DNA of 64,000 nt from an uncultured Acidimicrobiia bacterium (GTDB lineage: Bacteria; Actinomycetota; Acidimicrobiia; Spongiisociales; JAENVV01), in the NCBI GenBank assembly GCA_963752075.1, contig CAVVWO010000002.1:391886-455885 (forward strand), in the 5' to 3' direction. The translations under genes and the position numbers were made by a program. Under the pieces are notes generated by a model. It ran no database searches. It was not told the origin of the DNA and saw only the letters and a list, made by a program, of their open reading frames with translations. Shown here piece by piece: positions 21,821-31,763 of this stretch; within the stretch, counting starts at the first letter, position 1; every line of letters begins with the position of its first letter.

Positions 21821-22650
21821 TCACGCCACCGGGAACCGAATCTCGGTGATAGGCCCGGCCGGATCGTCCGGGGCGGAGAGATACGCCTCCTGCGGTGGTC
21901 CGGAGATGTGGAGTCCGTTGTCGGCGATCCATTCTCCGATCGCCGCAGTAGGTCACGTCCAGGGTGTCATACGGGCCTTGATGCACGGTCACCGCCGCTT
22001 GCCCGCCGGGCACCACCCGATGCCTGAAGGTGCGGCCGGCCGTGGTGACAGGCGCCTCGAGAACATCCTCTGGCACAGGGAAGGCGATCTCGACGTCCAG
22101 TTCGGTGGGCTTGAACTCGGGATCGTGATACAACGAGAAGAGAGGAGCAGTCGGCATGATCCCGGCCGGTAGCAGGGCCGCCAATCCGTCTTCGATCATG
22201 GTCCCTACCTCTCCTCGGATCGGACACGACCTCGCGCAACGACAACACGTGGACCGGATTCAATCTCTTCAGCACTACTTCGATCGTGGGCATGTTGCCC
22301 TCACTTTCTATCACGCGGAGGCGGTTTTCGACCCGGACGAGGCGAGCTTGCTGCTCGGCAACGAGTTGGCTGATCTCGGACCGCTTGAACCGGAGCATCC
22401 CTCGCAACTCTTCAGGAGAGAGCTCGTCGTCGAGCATCGCTTGAATCTCATCCAGCGAAAGGCCGAGATCCTTCAGGGCCAGGATTCGGTTGAGGCGGGG
22501 AAGCTGCGACACCGAATAGTGCCGGTAGCCCGAGTCGGGGTCGATGGCGGCGGCAGGGAGCAGACCGAGGTCGGAGTAGTAGCGAAGTGCCGACACCGGC
22601 ACCCGACACAACTTCGAGAACTCGCCGATCCGATACACAACCACCTCCAC
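21821..22650 (-). CDS. MerR-family transcriptional regulator with a C-terminal GyrI-like effector domain (BmrR/Mta-like)
   Basis: N-terminal HTH YRIGEFSKLCRVPVSALRYYSDLGLLP...coiled coil...; C-terminus FSLYHDPEFKPTELDVEIAFPVPE...TVHQGPYDTLDVTY.AIGEWIADNGLHISGPPQEAYLSAPDDPAGPITEIRFPVA. Confidence 0.65.
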
Positions 22651-22754
22651 TGGGCTTCTCGTGGCCGAAAGCCTCCATGTTCAGTATGGAGTCTCCAGCT
22701 GCTCGAGAGTCAAGTCCGATCATCGAACGGCTCGCCCAGCCGCGTTGGGAAGGT

Positions 22755-24111
22755 TCAGGGCCGGCGATCTGCTCGCGCCGGGAACATCGTGAACATCCCT
22801 GTCAGGAACGTGCCGGCAATCAGGGCGAGCGGCACCCACCATCGAAGCGGGAAATCGTCGACCCGGGCGATCCCGAACGCAGCCGACGATGCCAGGGCGA
22901 TGGCGGAGAGCACGATGCCGATGGCCAGCGCGATCGGTCTCGGCGTCAATTCTCCGCTCTGGGCGCGTTGTTCGAACCGACCGAAGATGGCCACGAGGAT
23001 GAGCAACGGCACCATGAGCACGGCAAACCACACCGGTCGGGTCGCCCACCACACGCCGGTGAGCGGTTCGACCCCGAATCCCAGGTTGCCGAGAGCGGCA
23101 CCGATCCCGATGGTGAACACCATGGCGGTGAGGTGCCAGACGTAGAGAGACATGATCATGCCGCTCACCAACACCACCGCTGCCCACACCTTCCTGTTGG
23201 CCAACCAACGCTTGAGAGGCACCGCCGACCACGCTGATCAGCCCGATCTGCACGAGCGTCTGCGCGAAGAGAACGATCGAAGGGGGCGTCGTGTTCGAGA
23301 AGGCTTCACCTTCGACGCCGATGAGCGGGACCGGGAAAGGACCGAAGACCGTCAAGCCGATCAGGCCCGCCAGCCCGACGCCGGTCACCGCCCATCCCGT
23401 CTTGGGAGCGAGTTCGCCGTCCCGCTCGGCCCAGGCGTACCCGATCTGGTGCACCGTCAACCACACCCAGATGTAGTTGGTCCACGACGGATACGTCGCC
23501 CACGAAAACCAGTCCGGGTTGACCCGAAGAATGTCGAACGCCACGGCGATGAACACCGGCACCCACAGCGTCTTCCACCGCCAACGCTGCCACGCCCGGA
23601 ACGTCCAAGGCGCCAGAGCGACCGCCAGGAGATAGACGGCCAGGAACCAAAGCGGCACCGCCGCCACCTGCGAACCCAGCTTCAAGAGTTCGAGATCGAC
23701 GAAGCCTCCGAAGATGGGAACCAGAACGCTCCACACGATGAGGAACGGAACGATGGGTGTGACGAGACGGACGTAGCGGGCGGCCAGCCAGGTGCGGCGC
23801 TTGGTGCCCTTGCGTTGGGCAGCCGACAGCGACTTGGCGTTCGAGTAGCCACCGACCATGAAGAAGATCGGCATGATCTGCAGCAGCCAGGTCAGGTAGT
23901 GGATGCCCGAGTCACCGATGTCGAGCACATGGCTGAGCGTCAGCTCTCCCCCGGCTTCGTAGGGTGCAGCAGCCAACCAGTGTCCGAAGACCACGATGGT
24001 GATCGAGAAGACGCGCAGGAAGTCGATGAGCCGGTTGCGGGATTCGGGTGTCCGGTCGGCCACTGACAAGGCCCGAGTCCACACCGTACGCTTCGGTGCC
24101 GCTTCAGCCAT
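22755..24111 (-). CDS. acyltransferase family 3 (OpgC-like) integral membrane acyltransferase; one frameshift near 23220
   Basis: MAEAAPKRTVWTRALSVADRTPESRNRLIDFLRVFSITIVVFGHWL...about 10 TM helices...FPARADRRP. Confidence 0.65.
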
Positions 24112-24265
24112 AGCCCGCCGCCTCTCGATCCACCTGCAGAGTACGGGCCAGATTACGAGGCGGCTCACCGCCGGTCGTGGCAATCGTGGTGCCTGTCCTT
24201 TCCGCCTTGCCGGCGGAACGGACTACATTGCTTCCGGTCCCGCTATCCGATGAGAGGCATCCCCC

Positions 24266-24778
24266 ATGTCCAAACAGTATGACTCCGCCCCCGATCTGCT
24301 GATCGACCTCGACAAGTCCTATTCCGCCCTGCTCAAGACGAACCATGGCGACATCACCATCGACTTCGACCCGGTTCGCGCTCCCTCTGGCCGTCAACAA
24401 CTTCGTGTTCCTGGCCCGAGACGGCTTCTATGACGGGGTCATCTTCCATCGTGTCATCGAGCGGTTCATGATCCAGGGTGGAGACCCAACCGGCACCGGC
24501 CGGGGCGGCCCCGGCTACAAGTTCCGCGACGAGACCGAAGGCAAGCGGCGACTACAGCCGGGGCACGGTTGCCATGGCCAACGCCGGACCGAACACCAAC
24601 GGCAGCCAGTTCTTCATCTGCCACGCCGACGCCGGGCTACCCCACAGCTACACGATCTTCGGGAAGGTCACCGACGGGCTGGACACCGTCGACTCGATCG
24701 CCACCACGCCGCACCGCTCCCGGCGACCGGCCGCTCGAAGACTGCGTCATCGAGTCGGTCACGATCACCGAGAGCTGA
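24266..24778 (+). CDS. peptidyl-prolyl cis-trans isomerase, cyclophilin type; frame disruptions
   Basis: [88 protein letters not shown]...[49 protein letters not shown]...[16 protein letters not shown]. Confidence 0.7.
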
Positions 24779-24781
24779 TCC

Positions 24782-25457
24782 ATGCGTGCCCATCTCACGG
24801 CCTCGTTGGCGGCCCGTCGCTCATCTTGGCCGCGTGCACGACCGGAGGCACCGAGGAACCCGTCACCGAACCGACCTTCGCTCCGTCCAGTCGACCACGT
24901 CGATTCCCACCCCGACGAGTGCGGCGCCGGCCGTCCAGCCGGCTCGCGAGGCACGGCTCTACGATGGCGCCGCCTCCGATGACGATCGACCCGACCGCAC
25001 CGTATTCGGCGACGATCACCACCAACTTCGGAGACTATCGAGGTGGCGCTGTTTGCGGACGAGGCGCCGCTGACGGTGAACAACTTCGTTTTCCTCGCTC
25101 GCGACGGTTACTACGACGGCGTGATCATCCATCGAGTCGCGCCGGGTTTCGTCATCCAGGGTGGCGACCCCGAAGGGACCGGCCGGGGCGGACCCGGCTA
25201 CGAGTTCCAAGACGAACTCGACACCGACCGTGGCTACACCCGCGGGCATCGTGGCGATGGCCAATGCCGGACCCGAACACCAACGGCAGCCAGTTCTTCA
25301 TCATGCTCGACGACGTCGATCTGCCGAACGCCTACAGCATCTTCGGGGAGGTCACCTCCGGCCTGGAGGTGGTCGATGCCATCGCCAGGTGCAGACTCGC
25401 GGGGAACGTCCCCTTTCCGACGTGGTTATCGAGACCGTGGAAATCTCCGGACCATAG
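24782..25457 (+). CDS. lipoprotein cyclophilin-type PPIase (second copy)
   Basis: [27 protein letters not shown]... then [61 protein letters not shown]...[45 protein letters not shown]...[17 protein letters not shown]. Confidence 0.65.
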
Positions 25458-25504
25458 GGAAGAATCCCCGGAACCGCCCTCGCTGGTCGCTACGTTAAAG
25501 AGGC

Positions 25505-26495
25505 ATGCCAATTCGCCGGTTACTCGCCCCCGCCCTCGCCGTTCTCCTCTTGCTGAGCGCCTGCGCCGGCGACGATTCGACCGAGACGACCGCCGGCATC
25601 GTCGCCGACGACCATCCGGCAGGCTGCCCAAACCACCGACCACCGAGCGGCCTGCCGGCCGCCACCGACCGCAGCCGAGACACCGAAGCCACCTGCCGTC
25701 ACAGCAGCCGGAACCACATGGCCGCCACAGAAGACCACGGTGGCCGCCCAGCAACCCGAGCATCAACACGACCGGGGAACTCGCCCACGTGGTTCTGGTC
25801 GAACCCAACGATGTGCTCAACATCCGTTACGGGCCCGGCGTCGGGTTCGACATCGCCGGGACGTTCGGACCGACCGCTCGGGACCTTCCCCTCACCGACG
25901 TGACCGACGTCGTGAACGGTTCGCCTTGGATTTTCATCGACGGGAACGGCTGGGTCTCCGGGTTCTTCCTCACCAAGGCCGTCGATGCGGCTGCGGCAGA
26001 AGCAAACCCGGCCACACTCGAGACGGTCCAGGACGCTCTCGGACGTCATGGCCGCCACAGGGCGACCTCGGAGAGGTGGTTGGATGGCGGGGGTTGTTCG
26101 TTGCTCACTTCGGTCCGGTGGTCCGGTTCAAAGCCGACCAGCTGTCCGAGCTCCTCTCCGAGCCCACGCTCTACGAATGGGGATCCCAGGGGTGTTCCCC
26201 CGAGGAGTGTCCGGAGCGCACCTTCTCCGAGGCCGTCGCGCAATCGTTCGTGGGCGCCTGGGAGGACGACGACAAGATGGTCACCTTCGATGAGAAGATC
26301 CCCGGACCAGGTGGGCTCGGCGAGTCGGGCATCATTCCCCAGGAGTTCGCCAACTACCACTACGTGGCAGTGCACGACCCCGGCGACGACCCCCAGTACG
26401 AGGGTCTCGACTGGGTCACCTGGTACGTCTACCTCGATTACTCAGAGGCCCGTCCGGTCGTCGTCGGAATGTCCGTCGACTCCTGGGGACCCTGA
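25505..26495 (+). CDS. lipoprotein with an SH3b-like domain and a C-terminal domain of unknown function
   Basis: MPIRRLLAPALAVLLLLSACAGDD (lipobox); ELAHVVLVEPNDVLNIRYGPGVGFDIAGTFGPTARDLPLTDVTDVVNGSPWIFIDGNGWVSGFFLT (SH3b pattern); the C-terminus ...YEWGSQGCSPEECPERTFSEAVAQSFVGAWEDDDKMVTFDEK...DWVTWYVYLDYSEARPVVVGMSVDSWGP. Confidence 0.5.
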
Positions 26496-26518
26496 CCACT
26501 CGACCGAAGCGCGTTGAC

Positions 26519-28111
26519 TCAGCCCTGGGGACCGGCCTTCAATACTTCGTCGCCAAATCCGTCCGCGTACCGCTTGAAATTCTCTCGGAACATCCCGGCC
26601 AGTCGACTCGCCTGAACGTCGAATGCGTCTTTGTCGGCCCACGTGAGTCGCGGTTGTAGGATCTCGTCCGGTACCCCCGGCACCGAGGCGGGAACCGACA
26701 GCCCGAAGACCGGGTCGGTCACGAACTCGACGGACGCCGAGCTCGCGGTTGAGAGCAGCTGTTCAGCATGGCCCGTGTGTAGGGAATCCTGATCCGGCTA
26801 CCCACGCCGTAGGGTCCACCCGTCCAACCGGTGTTCAGCATCCACACGTCGCACCCGAACTCGTCGAGACGTTCGGCGAGCCGGTCGGCGTACCAGGACG
26901 GATGGAGCGGCAGAAACGGCTCACCAAAGCATGCCGAGAAGGTCGCTTCGGGCTCGGTGATGCCGCGTTCGGTTCCGGCCAGCTTCGAGGTGTATCCGGA
27001 CACGAGGTAGAACATCGCCTGTTCACGGGTGAGCTTCGAGATCGGAGGCAGCACGCCGAAGGCATCGGCCGACAGGAAGACGATGTCGGTCGGGTGACCG
27101 GCCACGCCTGATGGCAGGGCATTGGAAAGGCGCGCCAACGGGTACGAGCAGCGGGTGTTCTCGGTCTTCGATCCGTCGTCCCACTCGGGACGTCGCGGTC
27201 GTCTCACTCACCACGACGTTCTCGAGGATCGTTTCGAAACCGTTGGCGGCGTCGAAGATGAGCGGCTCGTCGTCGGGCGACAAACGGATCGTCTTGGCGT
27301 ACGAACCGCCTTCGATGTTGAAGATGCCGTCTTCGGCCCAGCCGATCTCGTCGTCGCCGACCATCATCCGCTCCGGGTCGGTGGCGAGGGTGGTCTTTCC
27401 GGTCCCCGACAGGCCGTAGATGACAGCCGAACGGTCGTCCTTGCCCACCGAGGCCGAGGCGTGCATGGAGAGCGCTCCCTGCTTGGGCAGCAGGTAGTTC
27501 ATCACCGAGAACACCGACTTCTTGACTTCTCCGGCGTACTTCGTGCCACCGATGAGCAGCACCTTGTCGACGAACGAGATGATGATGAAGGTCTCCGAGC
27601 GCGTCCCGTCACGCTCGGGGATGGCCTCGAAGAACGGGGCGTGGACGATGGTGAAGTCGGGCATGAAGGAGTCGATGGCGTCGTCGAGCTGGAAGTGCCG
27701 GGGCAGGATGAACATGTTCCGGGCGAAGTGGGCATGCCACGGGCTCTCGGTGATGGTGCGCACCGCGATCCGTCGCTTGGGATCGGCCCCGGCGTACATA
27801 TCCTGGACGTAGATGTCACGCTCTCCGAGGTAATCCGTCACCCGGTCGTAGATCGCGTGGTACGTGTCCCGATCGATCGTGTGGTTGACGTCACCCCACC
27901 AGATCTCTTCGTCGTAGGGGGGCTCGTCGACGACGAACTTGTCCTTGGGGCTGCGACCGGTGTAGGGAACGGTGTCGACGACGAGAGCACCCTTTGTGGG
28001 CAAGCCGGCCGTGCCCCTCGGTCCAAGCGTGTGCTCTACGAGAAGTGGGGTCGAGAGGTCCCAGTGAACGGCGCCGCGTGGCGTGATTCCGTGGGCTTTC
28101 AGGTTTCTCAT
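26519..28111 (-). CDS. pckA: phosphoenolpyruvate carboxykinase (ATP)
   Basis: [10 protein letters not shown]...[15 protein letters not shown]...[10 protein letters not shown]...[16 protein letters not shown]...[17 protein letters not shown]...[17 protein letters not shown]; ATP-type kinase-1a motif. Confidence 0.8.
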
Positions 28112-28319
28112 GTCATCTCCGGTACCGATAGCTGTGTGAGTACCCCTTGACACTAACGGAGCCAGGGCTGCCAGAACCCGGGGCCGATGGGGCGATTCTC
28201 GCCGGGCCGAAGGCCCCGTCCGACGGGACCCGCGGCGGTGACGACGCGGCCGAAACCTTGGTTAGCATCGCCCCGGTGACCACACCATCACTGAGGAAGA
28301 GGGCGTCGGCTGCGGCCTC

Positions 28320-28643
28320 GTGGCCGGAGCGCTCGGCGCCTTCGTCCTCTTCGCCGTGGCGACGGCCGTCTGGGGCTTGACTGCCACCAACTTCACCCTG
28401 CTGTTCGCGGCGTTGCCGGTGTCCGCCTTCCTCACTGCCCTCGGCGGGGAATTCGTGCTCGCCTGGCCCGTCGACGCCGTTGGCATGGATCGTGCTCGCC
28501 TATTTCACCGCTCGATTCGCCGAGAGCGCCGCCGAGAACGCGACGGTCTCGTCGGTGGTGGTTGCGGTCGTGGCGGCGGCACTCATCTACGGCCTCGCCC
28601 TGGGATCGGCAGTTGAACCCAGCGGAGAGTTCTTCGGTCGCTG
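28320..28643 (+). CDS. possible small membrane protein; start and frame uncertain
   Basis: MAGALGAFVLFAVATAVWGLTATNFTLLFAALPVSAFLTALGGEFVLAWPVDAVG... continues in another frame as ...VVVAVVAAALIYGLALGSAVEPSGEFFGR. Confidence 0.25.
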
Positions 28644-28650
28644 AACCGGG

Positions 28651-29421
28651 TCAGAGACTCAGGAGAGCGTCGAGCCCCACGGTGACCCGATCGGGAAGCC
28701 GGTGAACGTTCCGGGCAGCAAGGAGCACCCCCGGAGCGAAGGCGGTTCGATCGGTCGTGTCGTGACGAATCGTCAGCGTCTGGCCGGGACCACCGAAGAT
28801 GACCTCCTGATTGGCGACGATGCCCGGAAGCCGAACCGAGTGCACGGCGACACCACTCGACCCGAGCGCCGGTGGCACCTGCTCGAGTTCGTGCGACGCC
28901 ACCGCCCGCTCCTGGTTCGGTTGGGCGGCCCCGATCCGGCTCGCGGTGGCAATAGCCGTCCCCGAGGGAGCATCCGCTTTGCGGTCGTGGTGGAGCTCGA
29001 TGATCTCGGCGGCCGGGAAGTGGGGTGCGGCCAGTTCCGCGAAGCGCATCATGAGCACGGCCCCGATGGCGAAGTTGGGAACGATGAGGCAGTTGGAGGC
29101 GGCGTCGACCCAGAGACTCGCGCACCTCGACCGAGCCGCTCGTCGGAGAAGCCGGACGTGCCGACCACGGCGTGGACGCCCATGTCGTGCCACATGGCGA
29201 GGTTGCGCCATCACGACGTCCGGGTGGGTGAACTCCACGACGACACCGCTGTCCGCGACGAGGTCGGGATCGGGCGAGATCTCGTCGCTCGCCGACCAGT
29301 GCTCCATGCGTTCGGAGGGTCGTAGAGATGTCCGAGATGCGAGGTCGGCGGCTTCGGCTATCGCCGCCGCCACCATGCGCCCCATGCGTCCGCCTGCGCC
29401 CGACACCGCCACGTTGATCAC
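28651..29421 (-). CDS. dapB: 4-hydroxy-tetrahydrodipicolinate reductase; two compensating indels
   Basis: MINVAVSGAGGRMGRMVAAAIAE...EFTHPDVVM...WVDAASNCLIVPNFAIGAVLMMRFAELAAPHFPAAEIIELHHDRKADAPSGTA...VHSVRLPGIVANQEVIFGGPGQTLTIRHDTTDRTAFAPGVLLA. Confidence 0.75.
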   Translation of the reverse strand: MINVAVSGAGGRMGRMVAAAIAEAADLASRTSLRPSERMEHWSASDEISPDPDLVADSGVVVEFTHPDVVMAQPRHVARHGRPRRGRHVRLLRRAARSRCASLWVDAASNCLIVPNFAIGAVLMMRFAELAAPHFPAAEIIELHHDRKADAPSGTAIATASRIGAAQPNQERAVASHELEQVPPALGSSGVAVHSVRLPGIVANQEVIFGGPGQTLTIRHDTTDRTAFAPGVLLAARNVHRLPDRVTVGLDALLSL

Positions 29422-30676
29422 AGTACGAACCCCTCGAGTTGCGACTCGTCGAGAGGACCGACGGCGCCGATCACCCGGGGCCCGTCGAGTACCGCCTGTG
29501 CTACCTCTAGGACGTCCTGGCGAGTGACCGCCTCGATCTTGGCGATCCGTTCCCCGACGGAATAGTGATCCCCACCGGTCAGCTCCTGACGGCCGAGCCG
29601 GACCATTCGGCTATTGGCGTCCTCGACCGACAGCGCCAGGCTTCCCCGCACGTGACCCTTGGCTCTGGCCAACTCGTCGGCACTCACCCCCTCGGAGATC
29701 ATCGAGTCGACCTCACCGACAGATGAGCTCCAAGACTACTCCGGTGTTCTCGGGATTCGTGCCTGCATAGACTCCCCATCCGCCCACGTCGGCGGCCGGC
29801 ATGGCGAAGCTGTAGACCGAGTAGGCGAGCCCTCGTTCTTCTCGAATCGTCTGGAACAGACGCGAGGACATACCTCCGCCCAGGATGTGATTCATGACCT
29901 CGAGGGCGAACCGGCGTTCGTCGTCGCGCTCGATGCCCTCACCACCGATAACGAGGTGCGATTGTTCGGTTTCCCGCTGGACGAGACTTGACGCCTGGTT
30001 TGCAGCGTCGAGGGGAGCTCGCTCGTGGTCGACCCAGTCGCCGGACCATTCACCGAAATGGGCCAATGGCGAGATCGACCGCCTTGGCGGTGCTCGATTG
30101 AACCCGTCGATGGCCAGCACGGTCGATCCGACCCCGTAGCGTCGTTTCCAGTATCCGAGAATGTCGTCGCGAGTCATGCCGCGTATCGACTCCCGGGTCC
30201 CGAGGATCGGCCGTTCGAGCGGGTGACCCTGTGAAGATGACTTCGGAGAAGGCCTCGAATGCCACGTCGTGCGGGTCGTCCTCAGACATGTTGATCTCTT
30301 CGATCACCACGAGACGCTCCGAGTCGATTTCGTCGAGCCGGAAAGCCGGACGCTGAAGCATCTCGGAGATCAGACCCAAGCCGGTGTCCAGGTCGTCGTC
30401 GACCATCCGACCCCAGAAGCAGGTGTACTCCTTGGATGTGAAGGCGTTCGATTCTGCTCCCATGGCATCGAAGGTGTCCGAGATGTAGCGCGCCGACACG
30501 TCTTCGGAGCCCTTGAAGAGCAGGTGCTCGAGGAAATGGGAGCACCCGGTTTCGTTCGGCAGCTCGTCGCGGGTGCCGGTGTCGACCCACGCACCGACCG
30601 CTACCGACCGGACACCGGGCATGGTCTCGGTGATGACCCGAAGGCCATTGGGAAGCGTGGTGAGGTCGTAATGCAT
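29418..30676 (-). CDS. M16-family zinc peptidase (insulinase-like; PepR-like); frame disruptions
   Basis: MHYDLTTLPNGLRVITE...GTRDELPNETGCSHFLEHLLFKGSEDVSARYIS (HxxEH zinc motif) ... MTRDDILGYWKRRYGVGSTVLAIDG...LGGGMSSRLFQTIREERGLAYSVYSF...GDHYSVGERIAKIEAVTRQDVLEVAQAVLDGPRVIGAVGP. Confidence 0.7.
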
Positions 30677-30784
30677 GCGCCCCGATGATAGGGCAGCGTG
30701 ATCTCTGTCCGGCCGGACCGAGATCACCATCTCGGGGCTGGACAACGCGGGCGATAAACACACCTGCCGATTACTCTGCCGGTC

Positions 30785-31445
30785 GTGACAACGCCTTCGA
30801 CAGAACCGACTCCGACCGCCCGACCGTGGGTCATCGTGGTGCTCACCCTGGCAGTCGTCGGAGTGCTGCTCGTCGCCTCGGTTCTCTCGTACCTGGCGGG
30901 CCGGGCCAGCGAAGTGGTCAGCGATCTGAACCTGATCCCCGCCGAGGAGTTTCAAACGCTCGGAGACGTCAAGGTGCAGTCGTTGCAGGAGCTCGCCGAG
31001 TTGACGACGGTGGAGATGGTGCTCGCCACCACGGTTGACAAAGGCACCGATCGAGGCTGGCTCAACTGGGCGACCGGCGACTCGATCTCCATGTTGGTGG
31101 TCGCCGAGATAGGGGCAGGGGTCGACCTTTCGCTTCATCGACGGAGACGACGTCATCGTCGATGCCGAATCGAGAAGCGTCGAGATCCGTCTCCCAGAGG
31201 CAACCATCACCAACATCACGGTCGACAACACAGCCACCGGTGTCTACGACCGATCCACCGGGATCTTCACCAACGGTGACCCCAATTTGGAGCGGGCCGC
31301 CCGTCTGGCCGCCGAGGAGATCCTCGTCGAGGACGCTCTCGAGCGAGGCATCCTGTCAACGGCCGAACGGTCTGCAGTCACCGCGCTCACCAACTTCCTG
31401 GAAGCGTTGGGATACGAACAAGTCGAAGTGATCGTCGGGGGTTGA
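30785..31445 (+). CDS. hypothetical membrane-anchored protein (DUF4230-like topology); one frameshift
   Basis: MTTPSTEPTPTARPWVIVVLTLAVVGVLLVASVLSYLAGRASEVVSDLNLIPAEEFQTLGDVKVQSLQELAELTTVEMVLATTVDKGTDRGWLNWATGDSISMLVVAEIGAGVDLS / FIDGDDVIVDAESRSVEIRLPEATITNITVDNTATGVYDRSTGIF... Confidence 0.4.
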
Positions 31446-31457
31446 TCCCTCACGGCC

Positions 31458-31718
31458 TCATGCCGGCGGGGATGCCTTTCGTCCACCGGTTTCCGGCGCC
31501 CTACGCCACACCCGACGAGCAGCCAACCCGGCCAAGAAACCCACGCCGACGTTGAGCACCGCCAGCCCCAGAGCATTCACCAGAAATCCGGGACCCGAGC
31601 CAACGTCGGCGCTGACCAGCACGACCGGCCACAACAGGACCGCGGGCACGCTGAGCCACACTCCCCGGCGACCGAGAAGACCGCCTACCAGACCAAAGAT
31701 CAGCATGATCGGAATCAC
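31458..31718 (-). CDS. small hypothetical membrane protein
   Basis: Clean 86-aa ORF with three predicted hydrophobic helices (MIPIMLIFGLVGGLLG..., VPAVLLWPVVLV, FLVNALGLAVLNVGVGFLAGLAA). Confidence 0.4.
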   Translation of the reverse strand: MIPIMLIFGLVGGLLGRRGVWLSVPAVLLWPVVLVSADVGSGPGFLVNALGLAVLNVGVGFLAGLAARRVWRRAPETGGRKASPPA

Positions 31719-31763
31719 CCCCTGACTCTATCCCCACCGGTCGCCAGGTGAGCCCCGGTTCAT

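Noticed and set aside
22587-24066. Plus-strand ORFs of 216 and 304 aa, rich in H/R/D/E/P
   Set aside because: They are antisense shadows of the acyltransferase-3 gene. Their composition is dominated by charged low-complexity stretches.
24199-24218. 7-bp inverted repeat TTCCGCC-ttgcc-GGCGGAA in the divergent promoter region between the acyltransferase and cyclophilin genes
   Set aside because: Stems this short with a GC-rich composition occur by chance at this base composition. Without conservation it is not worth calling a regulator site.
24478-26517. 679-aa plus-strand ORF spanning both cyclophilins and the SH3b lipoprotein
   Set aside because: It is a read-through of an incorrect frame (Pro/Arg/Ser rich) that is only in phase with short pieces of the real genes. 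The real genes are delimited by their own starts and stops in other frames.
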